Source: Acidimicrobiaceae bacterium
Lineage (GTDB): Bacteria > Actinomycetota > Acidimicrobiia > Acidimicrobiales > Acidimicrobiaceae
DNA: 34,900 nucleotides
NCBI GenBank assembly: GCA_013044365.1
Contig: JABEUP010000063.1
Coordinates: 1 to 34,900, forward strand
Reading direction: 5' to 3'
Shown piece after piece: positions 1-8,303 of this stretch. Both the position numbers and the translations under genes were made by a program. Positions within the stretch are counted from its first letter, which is position 1. Every line of letters starts with the position of its first letter. The notes beneath the pieces are model-generated. The model ran no database searches, was not told the DNA's origin, and saw only the letters and a program-made list of their open reading frames with translations.

Positions 1-458
1 GTAATGGTTCCGGCCTGGTTGCTTTCTCGTCGGATTACCGGTGCAGATTTAGAATAATTTTTCAGTTCAAACACAACTTCTGAACCACCAGCAAGGTTTG
101 GTTTGGTTCCTACATCACAATGAGAATACAGCTATTTAAGCGGAAAATAGGCGCCGTGCATATGACATGCACAAATCGGGGGATTGTGCCAGTCATGCGA
201 TGAGGTGCCGTTGAACGTATCATTTTTGCGGTTCTCTCATCTGGCTCTGATAAAGCTCGGATATCGTGTTAGCTAGTCAACGGGATGCGTGACTTAATCT
301 CAACGGGAGGTTAGTTTTGTAAGCTGATTGCTGTCTTCAAATTTCAGCCAATCGATTTGATCGAGCCGAATGATCAAGTACGGCTGGGTAGGTTATCATG
401 CCGAAGACTTGGTGATATGGTACAAGGGGTCCAGAAAGACCTGAAGTAGGAGAATGTT

Positions 459-1169
459 TTGTCGTCAGTTATTGGAAAGCTTGGGTTGGCGGTTCAGAGA
501 TCCGTTTGGAGCAAACGGGCCGAGACTTGGGACCATGCCGAGAACCCCGGTTTGGGAAAAGTTATTGACGCGGTAATTGCCAAGGCAGATCCCGATTCCG
601 ATTATGAGGTCCTCGATTTGGGTTGCGGATCGGGACAATTGTCTTTGCCTATTTCTAAAAATGTCAAGTCGGTACTTGCCGTCGATATCTCCCCGCGCAT
701 GATTGAACTTCTCAAATCTAAATTGACTACCACCGGAATAGGCAACATTGAGTGTAAGACAGCATCAATTCAGGAACTGAATTTCGAAAAAGGATCATTT
801 GATCTGATCGTGTCCAACTATGCACTCCACCATCTCAGTGACGGCCAAAAGAAATTAGTGGTTGAACAGGGATTTCATTGGCTAAAACCAAATGGTCATA
901 TGGTTTTTGGAGACATGATGTTCGGAAGAGGCGGTTCAAAACAGGATCGGGAGATTATTGCCTCCAAGGTATCCATACTGTTACGTAAAGGGCCTGGTGG
1001 ATGGTGGAGGATTACCAAGAATTCATTCAGATACCTTGTCCGTGTTCAGGAGAAGCCGATCTCGTCGCAGGCATGGACGCGGTTTTTCGAGCAGGCTGGT
1101 TTCAAAGAGGTTGGGTCTGATGTTGTGGTTGCTGAAGCTGGAGTGGTTTTCGGAACTAAACCCGGTTAG
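459..1169 (+). CDS. class I SAM-dependent methyltransferase (Methyltransf_11/25-like)
   Basis: 236-aa ORF with TTG start 6 nt after AGGAG (448-452). SAM motif I VLDLGCGSG, later DLIVSNYALHHL and LKPNGHMVF, typical of Rossmann-fold methyltransferases. Substrate unknown. Confidence 0.8.
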   Translation: MSSVIGKLGLAVQRSVWSKRAETWDHAENPGLGKVIDAVIAKADPDSDYEVLDLGCGSGQLSLPISKNVKSVLAVDISPRMIELLKSKLTTTGIGNIECKTASIQELNFEKGSFDLIVSNYALHHLSDGQKKLVVEQGFHWLKPNGHMVFGDMMFGRGGSKQDREIIASKVSILLRKGPGGWWRITKNSFRYLVRVQEKPISSQAWTRFFEQAGFKEVGSDVVVAEAGVVFGTKPG

Positions 1170-1481
1170 GCCCAATATGTCACTAACCCGTTCGTTGCAA
1201 ATTAACGGGGATAATCTCCAATATTTTGCATAGATTTACATAATTAATCAGCTATTCTTTATCAAGGCAGCTAACACTGCGTTTTGATGGCCGAGTTTAG
1301 GAGGTGATTGTCAGTGAAGCCGAGTGAACCTCATAGTACCGACTTCAACTATTTGTTCATGACGTCCCTCCGGATCGCTCCGTCTATCTCGATTTCCTGA
1401 TGTACCCTAGTCCAGCAGGGAGGGTGAAGCCAGCGGCTTAACATCCGGGGATGTCTCTCCACTCGAAAGGGGGGTAGTCCT

Positions 1482-2816
1482 ATGGCAAGAAAGCCAATTT
1501 TGTTGAATCCTCACAGGATTAAGGATTTGCGGGAGTCCAGATCTCAACGACTGTTAACGATCAAAAGTGTTAGAGAATCAATAATATCTTTTGCGGGCCT
1601 TTCCGGCAAGCCGGTTAGAAACCAAAATGGATCCGAGATCGGCAGGCTTGTAGATGTTGTAGTGCGGTGGTCTCAAGATTCGGACTATCCGCCCGTCACG
1701 GGCATTCTGGTCAAGGTTGGACGAAGGATTGCATTTGTCGACATTGACAGAGTTGAAATGTTTTCGCGTGATTTCGTTGTCCTTTCGTCCGCCAAGCTGG
1801 ACCTGAGAGACTTTTCACAGCGCCCAGGCGAAGTGTTGTTGGGCAGAGAGGTCCTGGATCATCAGCTGGTTGATGTTGATGGCGTCCAGGTTCTTAGGGC
1901 CGCCGATCTGTTTCTTGCACATGCTCTTGGACGGATTAGGCTGGTAGGTGTGGATGTGAGCATGTATTCGCTTCTTAGACGGCTGGGTCCATCAAAATTT
2001 CGCTCAGCGGCTACTCCGGAGAAGGTGCTTGACTGGGCTGCGATTGCTCCATTCGACGATCACACTGGTGAAGTGAGACTGCGAAGCACGCAACAAGCAA
2101 TAAAAAGACTGCGTCCGAGCGAACTTGCCGACCTGCTTGAGGACCTTGGCAGGGTGGAGCGGCAAGGTTTGTTGTCTGCTTTGGATATAGAGATTGCGGC
2201 TGACGCTGTCGAGGAAATGGAGCGCGACGAACGGGAGACGTTACTAAGAGAGTCAGAGCCCGAGGTAGCTGCGGATATTGTTTCAGCAATGGAGCCCGAC
2301 GAGGCGGTTGAAGCTCTGAGAGATCTTGACGAAGATGAACGGCACGAGATTTTGGAGTTGATGGAACCTAATGCTGCCCGTGCATTAGGCAATCTGTTGG
2401 AGTTCGAGGAAGACACCGCTGGTGGGGTTATGACAACGATGTTCATTAAAGTTCTGCCCAATGAAACCGTCGAAAATGTAAAATCCTTGCTTGAGGCCCA
2501 CAGGGATCATAGGGACGAAATTGATGGTGTCCTTGTGGTGGATGATGAAGGTCTTTTGCTCGGTGAGGTCTCCCTATTTGAGCTTGTCTTGTCCAGCCCT
2601 ACTACGGCAGTATCTGAACTGATCTCAGAGGATTCGGTGGTTGTAGAGCCAAATGTTTCTATTAGCGAAGTCGCCGAGAAACTTATCAGTTCAAGGCAGT
2701 TTTCAATTGTTGTGGCGGTAGATCAGAGGCCGGTTGGCAGAATTTTGGCTGATGACATCATTGATGCACTTTCGCCCGAACGGGGAAGATTTCATTTCCC
2801 GCGTCTGCTTTCATAA
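1482..2816 (+). CDS. soluble PRC-barrel / MgtE_N / CBS-pair protein (MgtE cytosolic sensor module without the transmembrane pore)
   Basis: 444-aa ORF, ATG 7 nt after a GGGGGG run. Two PRC-like segments (LSGKPVRNQNGSEIGRLVDVVV..., LLGREVLDHQLVDVDGVQVL...). Acidic helical MgtE_N-like segment (EDLGRVERQGLLSALDIEIAADAVEEMERDERE...EPDEAVEALRDLDEDERHEILELMEP). C-terminal CBS pair (GGVMTTMFIKV...VDDEGLLLGEVSLFEL...FSIVVAVDQRPVGRILADDIIDAL). No hydrophobic helices before the stop. Confidence 0.8.
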   Translation: MARKPILLNPHRIKDLRESRSQRLLTIKSVRESIISFAGLSGKPVRNQNGSEIGRLVDVVVRWSQDSDYPPVTGILVKVGRRIAFVDIDRVEMFSRDFVVLSSAKLDLRDFSQRPGEVLLGREVLDHQLVDVDGVQVLRAADLFLAHALGRIRLVGVDVSMYSLLRRLGPSKFRSAATPEKVLDWAAIAPFDDHTGEVRLRSTQQAIKRLRPSELADLLEDLGRVERQGLLSALDIEIAADAVEEMERDERETLLRESEPEVAADIVSAMEPDEAVEALRDLDEDERHEILELMEPNAARALGNLLEFEEDTAGGVMTTMFIKVLPNETVENVKSLLEAHRDHRDEIDGVLVVDDEGLLLGEVSLFELVLSSPTTAVSELISEDSVVVEPNVSISEVAEKLISSRQFSIVVAVDQRPVGRILADDIIDALSPERGRFHFPRLLS

Positions 2817-2863
2817 CGAGATATCCGTACGGTCAGATAATCGGCAGTTAATGAGGTTTCATT

Positions 2864-4168
2864 GTGAGTTCCGCCACGCCCAGGCGCAAACTGAATCCAG
2901 GAGGTCAGCGGAGTATTGGATCGCGTCTTCGGGGCTCCTCGACCAAGCGCAAGAGGCCATTTTGGGTGTATTTGGCGGCTGCGGGCCCGGGCCTGATTGC
3001 CGCTAATGCCGGTAATGACGCAGGCGGCATAGCAACATATGCTTCGGCGGGTTCCCAGTTCGGGTATCGTACGCTTTTTTTCATGATGCTTGTGACGGTA
3101 GGACTTGTCGTGGTACAGGAAATGTCGGCCCGACTCGGCGTGTACAGCGGGAAGGGTCTGGCCGCCCTAATCCGTGAACAGTTCTCGGTGAGGTTGACTG
3201 GACTGGCTATGCTGGCGCTTACGGCGTCGAACTTAGGTTTGGTGGTATCTGAGTTTGCAGGAATTGGAGCGGCTTTTCAACTCTTCGGTGTATCGCGCTA
3301 CCTCTCGATTCCCATTTCCGCTCTGTTCATATGGGGTCTGGTGGTTTTCGGGTCCTACCGCTATGCGGAACGGATCTTTCTGATAATGTCGCTGGCGTTC
3401 TTTGCTTATCCGATCGCAGCGCTGGTAGGTCATCCAAATTGGCATAAGGTGGCTGCTCAAACTGTTCTCCCACACTTTATCGCATCTAACAGTTTTATAT
3501 TTTTGGGAGTCGCCTTAATTGGAACGACTATTTCTCCATATATGCAGGTCTATGCTGCGGCTGGTGTGGTCGATAGAGGAATATCGCCGGAAGAGTATCC
3601 TCTGGAGCGTGTGGATGCAGTCGGTGGAGCCATTTTTGCCGATGTCATCTCCATGTTCATTATCATTGCAACTGCAGCCGTAATTGGTGGCACCGGACCA
3701 CTGAACTCGGCAAAACAGGCGGCACTTGCTCTTCAGCCGGTGGCAGGGTCCGGAGCTGTCATACTTTTTGCGATTGGACTCCTTGGAGCCTCCGCGTTAG
3801 CTGGCGCGGTTGTCCCACTTTCGACCTCTTATGCGGTGGCTGAGGCACTTGGCGTCGAACGATCAGTCTCCCGAAAGTTTAGACAGGCTCCATTGTTTTT
3901 GGGGATATTCTCAGCTCAAGTGCTACTTGGGGCGGCGGTGTCACTGATCCCGGTCAATCTGATCACACTTCTGATATTTACCCAGGTGCTGCAGGGTTTG
4001 CTCACCCCAATTATCCTCACGTTTATTGTGGTCCTCGCAAACAGGCGAAGCGTTCTCGGTGATGCTGTGAACGGAAGAATTTTCAGAAAGGTCGCAGCTG
4101 TGTCCATAGTGGGCATTGGGTGCCTTTCATTGGTGCTCATAATACAAACTCTGATTGGCTGGTTATAA
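2864..4168 (+). CDS. NRAMP-family cation transporter with non-canonical metal site (NRMT-like, possibly Mg2+)
   Basis: 434-aa ORF, GTG 7 nt after GAGG, about 11-12 hydrophobic helices. The NRAMP-like TM1 reads NDAGGIAT (canonical DPGN). TM6 reads GTTISPYMQVY (canonical GAxxMPHNLYLHS). Not called mntH because the Mn-selecting Met and Asn are absent. Confidence 0.85.
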   Translation: MSSATPRRKLNPGGQRSIGSRLRGSSTKRKRPFWVYLAAAGPGLIAANAGNDAGGIATYASAGSQFGYRTLFFMMLVTVGLVVVQEMSARLGVYSGKGLAALIREQFSVRLTGLAMLALTASNLGLVVSEFAGIGAAFQLFGVSRYLSIPISALFIWGLVVFGSYRYAERIFLIMSLAFFAYPIAALVGHPNWHKVAAQTVLPHFIASNSFIFLGVALIGTTISPYMQVYAAAGVVDRGISPEEYPLERVDAVGGAIFADVISMFIIIATAAVIGGTGPLNSAKQAALALQPVAGSGAVILFAIGLLGASALAGAVVPLSTSYAVAEALGVERSVSRKFRQAPLFLGIFSAQVLLGAAVSLIPVNLITLLIFTQVLQGLLTPIILTFIVVLANRRSVLGDAVNGRIFRKVAAVSIVGIGCLSLVLIIQTLIGWL

Positions 4169-5447
4169 AGTGCAGACCCACCCGGGTGAGATAAGGCCGC
4201 TTCGTATTGCCTTATGTGTCTACCGAGGAAATCCTCACTCCGGTGGACAGGGAGTGTATACGAAATATCTCAGCGAGGAACTGGCAAAACTGGGTCATAA
4301 GGTTGAGGTGTTTTCCGGCCAGCCCTATCCCGATCTGGATCTTCAATTAGTAGATCTGGAGAGGTTGGCATCACTTGATCTTTACCGGGCCGATAACCCA
4401 TTTCGAATTCCTAAAATAACCGAATTCCGGACCCTCATCGACGCCGCTGAGTTCGCCATTATGAGCACAGGTGGTTTTCCGGAACCCCGAAGCTTTGGCT
4501 GGCGGTTGGAAAGAGCTCTCGGTCCAAGATTGAACAACTTTGATTTGCTGCATGATAACCAGTCGCTCTCTTGGTCGATTTTGAAGTTGGCATCGAAAGG
4601 GTGGCCTGTAATTGGGTCTATCCATCACCCCATAACCGTGGACCGGGATTTGGCGATCAAACACGCTCGAAGCGCGAAGGCGAAGTTCGGAGCATACCGT
4701 TGGTACGGATTCGTGAAGATGCAAACCGAGGTTGCCCGCCGTCTGGAGAGAGTAATTACGGTTTCCGATACCTCCAGAGAGGATCTCTTTAAATATATGA
4801 ATGTGAGTTTGGACCGGTCCCGGGTGGTGCCGATAGGGGTGGACACTACAATTTTTAAGCCAATTCCGGCAATAGGGAAAGAGCCGGGTCTTATGGTTAC
4901 CACGGCAAGCGCTGATGTTCCGCTTAAAGGTTTGCATATCTTGGTGGATGCAATGGCGGAAGTAAAAAGTGTTGAACCGAACGCCCATCTGGTAATTATG
5001 GGCAATCCTAACAAGGAATCAAATCTTGTAGCCAGGGCGAGCGAACTCGGTCTTGATAACCACGTCAAATTTGCAGGGGTGGTAAGCCAGGATGAAATGG
5101 TTTGGCTCTACAACCGTGCCGAACTTGCGGTAGTCCCCTCGCTTTACGAAGGATTTTCGCTCCCCGCTGTGGAGGCGATGGCTTGTGGGATTCCATTGGT
5201 GGCCACCGATGGCGGGGCCTTGCCGGAAGTGACTGGGTCGGATGGAGAGACGGTTCTGCTTGCGAGGGCTGGTGATACGCTTGACCTGGCGAAAAAAATT
5301 CTCCAGGCGTTCGATTCAGAACTGCTTCGGAACGAAATTGGGAGTAATGGACTGGAGCGGGTTATGAGCAAATTCACCTGGGCTGCAACGGCCAAGGCGA
5401 CAGAGCAAAACTATATCGAGTTCCTTGCTTCACGCAGTGAACTCTAG
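4155..5447 (+). CDS. GT4-family (GT-B, retaining) glycosyltransferase
   Basis: 430-aa ORF. N-terminal IALCVYRGNPHSGGQGVYTKYL and C-terminal E-x7-E motif EGFSLPAVEAMACGIPLVATDGGALPEV. Start uncertain: TTG 4155 overlaps the NRAMP gene by 14 nt, and an in-frame GTG 4170 lies 1 nt after its stop. Confidence 0.85.
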   Translation: MAGYKVQTHPGEIRPLRIALCVYRGNPHSGGQGVYTKYLSEELAKLGHKVEVFSGQPYPDLDLQLVDLERLASLDLYRADNPFRIPKITEFRTLIDAAEFAIMSTGGFPEPRSFGWRLERALGPRLNNFDLLHDNQSLSWSILKLASKGWPVIGSIHHPITVDRDLAIKHARSAKAKFGAYRWYGFVKMQTEVARRLERVITVSDTSREDLFKYMNVSLDRSRVVPIGVDTTIFKPIPAIGKEPGLMVTTASADVPLKGLHILVDAMAEVKSVEPNAHLVIMGNPNKESNLVARASELGLDNHVKFAGVVSQDEMVWLYNRAELAVVPSLYEGFSLPAVEAMACGIPLVATDGGALPEVTGSDGETVLLARAGDTLDLAKKILQAFDSELLRNEIGSNGLERVMSKFTWAATAKATEQNYIEFLASRSEL

Positions 5448-5475
5448 GTCCCGGGTCAGATGACGGAATTTTTGA

Positions 5476-6180
5476 ATGCTTTCAGTTAGAGATTCTGAAC
5501 TTGGTGATCTTTCGGATAGGTGCGTGCTCGACTTTGGAGCTGGGACTGGCAGGCATGCGTTCTGGGCTGTGACCAAAAGGGCGAATGTGGCAGCTGTAGA
5601 TATTAATTTTGGCGAGATCGCCAATGTGCCCGATTACTTCAAGGCGTTGCTGGAACACGACCCTAGCTATGGCCATGGTTTTGCGGTCCAGGCTTCAGGA
5701 TTGGAACTACCCTTTGCAGGCTGCAGTTTCGATGTGGTGATCGCTTCGGAAGTTTTCGAGCATATTTCTGACGATAAGGCTGCGATGAACGAGATAACCA
5801 GGGTGGTCAAGCCCGGGGGGATTGTATGTGTGACAGTTCCGCGTTTTTTCCCGGAAACCCTTTATTGGCTGATCTCACCTGAATATCACAATGTGCCGGG
5901 TGGCCATATTCGCATTTACCGCCGTTCCCAAGTCGTGAAGCTTGTACAAGGCGCGGGTCTTCGGGTCTATTCACAGCACCACTCGCACGCGCTTCACACT
6001 CCGTACTGGTTGATCAGGTGTTTGGTCGGAGTGAACAACACCACCTCACGCATGTATCAGATTTATCACCGTTTCCTGGTATGGGATATAACGAAAAAGC
6101 CGAAATCGACAGCGTTGCTGGAAAAAGTTCTCAACCCCATAGGTGGCAAGAGCTTTGTCCTATATGCCAGAAAGGATTAG
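5476..6180 (+). CDS. class I SAM-dependent methyltransferase (Methyltransf_11-like)
   Basis: 234-aa ORF with ATG start and an in-frame TGA immediately upstream. Motif I VLDFGAGTGRH, then FDVVIASEVFEHI and VVKPGGIVCV. Confidence 0.8.
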   Translation: MLSVRDSELGDLSDRCVLDFGAGTGRHAFWAVTKRANVAAVDINFGEIANVPDYFKALLEHDPSYGHGFAVQASGLELPFAGCSFDVVIASEVFEHISDDKAAMNEITRVVKPGGIVCVTVPRFFPETLYWLISPEYHNVPGGHIRIYRRSQVVKLVQGAGLRVYSQHHSHALHTPYWLIRCLVGVNNTTSRMYQIYHRFLVWDITKKPKSTALLEKVLNPIGGKSFVLYARKD

Positions 6181-7201
6181 AGTGGGATCGCATAGTCCCC
6201 GCGAGTCGCTGCTACCCCGCGCGCAGCTTGAACAGTCTTTGGATTTCCTGGTTTCGCTCCAGCTCCAATCCGGAATGATTCCCTGGTTCAAAGGCGGAAG
6301 GGCTGACCCGTGGAATCATGCCGAGGCCACAATTGCGCTCGCGCTGGGAGGTAGGCTCATAGAGGCTTTTTCTGGCGTTGAGTGGTTGATGCGCATGCAG
6401 AACTGCGATGGATCATGGTGTCACTTTTACCTTTCAAATGGCGTGGCGGAGCCTCGAAGGGATACAAATACCTGCAGCTACCCGGTTTTGTTGATAGCAG
6501 TTCTTGACAGAATTACCGGTGGCAAGGAGATGCTTGAACCCTATGTCCAAATGGCTTTACATGGGTTGGACTATGTAATTTCATACCAGAGAACCGATGG
6601 ATCGATACCGTGGGCAATAGGTCCCGACGGCGATGGCTATCCAACATCGCTGGTAGCTGCTTCTTCATCAATTTGCGATGCACTTGTGGTGGCAGCAGAA
6701 CTTTGCGAGCGCTATCAATTAGGTGAAGGTGCCAAATACCGCCTTGCAAGTAAGAGGCTCAACGACTCCGTTTCGCTTGGTTCGGGACCTTACAGTGATA
6801 CCTCTGAATGGGCCATGGACCACTACTATCCGCTGTTGGCGGGAATAGTTGACACGGCCAGTCTTACCGAGGGGTTCCTAAGCCGTTTTTATCTAGCGGA
6901 GTGGGGTATCCGCTGTATATCTGGAAATGAGTGGTTCACTGCCGCCGAGACAGCCGAGACAGCAATGGCGTTGCATATTGCGGGCGAGGAGGCGCTAGCC
7001 CAAGATATGTATCAGGTGCTGGAGAGATTTCGCAGAACGGACGGAGGTTACCTCACGGGCATGGTCGGCCCAACCGGAGTCTCCTTTCCTCACGAGGAGG
7101 AATCATCGTATTCTGCCGCGGCAGTAGTCATTTCCAGTTTCGTTCTTGCGGCTAAGGCGAAAAGCAGTATCGGTTTGTCTATGATGAGTCTTTTTTCATA
7201 A
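6143..7201 (+). CDS. prenyltransferase / squalene-cyclase-repeat (alpha/alpha barrel) protein, function unknown
   Basis: 352-aa maximal ORF. Four spaced repeats of the Q/R-x-x-DG-x-W type (LQLQSGMIPWF, MQNCDGSWCH, YQRTDGSIPW, FRRTDGGYL). I saw no DXDD or DDXXD catalytic motif. The likely real start is GTG 6182, 5 nt after AAGGA and 1 nt after the upstream stop. Confidence 0.7.
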   Translation: MARALSYMPERIRVGSHSPRESLLPRAQLEQSLDFLVSLQLQSGMIPWFKGGRADPWNHAEATIALALGGRLIEAFSGVEWLMRMQNCDGSWCHFYLSNGVAEPRRDTNTCSYPVLLIAVLDRITGGKEMLEPYVQMALHGLDYVISYQRTDGSIPWAIGPDGDGYPTSLVAASSSICDALVVAAELCERYQLGEGAKYRLASKRLNDSVSLGSGPYSDTSEWAMDHYYPLLAGIVDTASLTEGFLSRFYLAEWGIRCISGNEWFTAAETAETAMALHIAGEEALAQDMYQVLERFRRTDGGYLTGMVGPTGVSFPHEEESSYSAAAVVISSFVLAAKAKSSIGLSMMSLFS

Positions 7202-7982
7202 CACGGAGGCTCCCCTGGGACACCACCACCCGAAATCCTTCACGGAGCGACCTCTGATATAAGATGAACGGGGGCTGGCCGCCCAAGGATGGATCTGGAT
7301 ATACGTCATGGATTGCCAGGCATCCTCCGGGGATGATTTTAGGTACCCAGGCTTCGTAATCTTTTTCTGCTTGTTCGAGGCTATGCCCGCCGTCGATAAA
7401 TAGGAAACCGATCCCTTCCCTAAAGGAATTGGCGTATATCTGCGAGTCTGCCGCTACCACGATCACAGTGTCGTTCAGTCCGGCAAGATCTATTGTCCTT
7501 CGAAAGAGGTAAAGGGTGTCCATCTTCTTTGAGACAGGGTCTACCAGAATAGGGTCATGGAATTCCCATCCCTGTTGGTTTTCCTGTGAGCCCCGATGGT
7601 GGTCAACCGATATCAGCACTCTTCTTTGGTGCTGGGCGACGAGTCCCAGATAGAGGGTGGAAAGGCCAATATAGGATCCGATTTCAACTGCCGGATAGCC
7701 GAAAGAGGCGGAGCAATTGAAAAGAGATACAGCCAGTGCGGTACCCTCGTCTGGGGGCATGAAGCCTTTGGTGGACCGTATTAGCTCTTGGCTGGATGAC
7801 AAAAGTTGAGCCAACTTTGGGGATATTGCCACTTGTGACATGGTCTTTTCTTCGGCTAAGGCTGGAAATCCAGCGGAGACTTGTGAGCCAGGGTTCGGTA
7901 AACGCTGAATAAATTTTATCGCGTCCTTTGGATTTGCAATCTTTGTTTTCCCACGTTGTTCACTGTTTGAAGGCGGATCCAT
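7179..7982 (-). CDS. class I SAM-dependent methyltransferase (Methyltransf_24 / O-methyltransferase-like)
   Basis: 267-aa maximal ORF. AVEIGSYIGLSTLYLG (motif I-like), FLFIDGGHSLEQAEKDY, and GGCLAIHDV. The start may be the internal Met at 7841 (MSQVAISPK...). The 3' end overlaps the convergent prenyltransferase-like ORF by 23 nt. Confidence 0.7.
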   Translation of the reverse strand: MDPPSNSEQRGKTKIANPKDAIKFIQRLPNPGSQVSAGFPALAEEKTMSQVAISPKLAQLLSSSQELIRSTKGFMPPDEGTALAVSLFNCSASFGYPAVEIGSYIGLSTLYLGLVAQHQRRVLISVDHHRGSQENQQGWEFHDPILVDPVSKKMDTLYLFRRTIDLAGLNDTVIVVAADSQIYANSFREGIGFLFIDGGHSLEQAEKDYEAWVPKIIPGGCLAIHDVYPDPSLGGQPPFILYQRSLREGFRVVVSQGSLRVMKKDSS

Positions 7983-8303
7983 AGCTCGGTCACGGTGGGG
8001 TTTTCAATTACAGATCCTGCTTCTGGATACCAAATGTTTGCTAAACTTAGCCCGTTATGGTGGGCGAACCTATAACCGAAGCTTATCAAATCTACCTCCG
8101 GATCCCAAATGGCAATCCTACTTTTTCGGCGTTCACAAGAGTTAAAAAATGAGTCGGGAGGTTAGCAGTGCGACCTATTAAACACATCGTGAAAGATTCC
8201 CCTTTCGAGCGGGGTAGTCGCTAAAAGCGATTTTAGAGTCCAGCCCAAACCCAACTTCCATTACCAATGCTCAGACCGGACTATGTGCAAGGGGCTAGAG
8301 TAG

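Noticed and set aside
300-313. The 11-mer CGGGAGGTTAG occurs at about 303-313 and again at about 8154-8164. There is also a nearby direct repeat TCAACGGGA (277-285 and 300-308).
   Set aside because: Many chance 11-mer repeats are expected in 35 kb counted on two strands. There is no further extended similarity around either copy.
1-458. 458 nt without a listed ORF. Frame 1 reads ...VPAWLLSRRITGADLE* and ends at 57. Small palindromes are present: GTGCAT-ATGAC-ATGCAC near 157-173, and TTGATC...GATCAA near 356-376.
   Set aside because: The 19-codon fragment is too short to identify, no RNA family signature was seen, and the palindromes are short. Nothing here is supportable as a feature.
1170-1481. 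M-box (ykoK) Mg2+ riboswitch, expected by analogy upstream of an MgtE/NRMT-type gene.
   Set aside because: Only a weak GTTTAGGAGGTGA resemblance to GUUAGGUGAGGCU. The conserved AGUGCUAAAGCUC, CAUAAGG and GCCC..AAA..GUC elements were not found on either strand.
1466-1545. yybP-ykoY (Mn2+) riboswitch-like strings: AAAGGGGGGTAG resembles the AAAGGGGAGUAG 5' element, and TTTGTTGAATCCT-CAC-AGGATT resembles the UUUGUUGACAUAC hairpin region.
   Set aside because: The strings straddle the SD and ATG and lie inside the first 20 codons of a well-supported ORF. The spacing is far too short, the conserved UUUAGCAAG segment is absent, and there is no 3' CCUUU strand to close P1. This is most likely chance similarity to a G-rich SD. 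An Rfam scan would settle it.
4371-4988. Long antisense or alternative-frame ORFs inside confident genes: 4371-4988, 4625-5068, 12042-12449, 21330-21761, 22975-23448, 23349-23738, 27020-27628, 29458-29799 and similar.
   Set aside because: All lie wholly within genes that have clear family motifs. They are rich in Arg, Ser, Pro and Cys and lack SD sequences. These are typical shadow ORFs.
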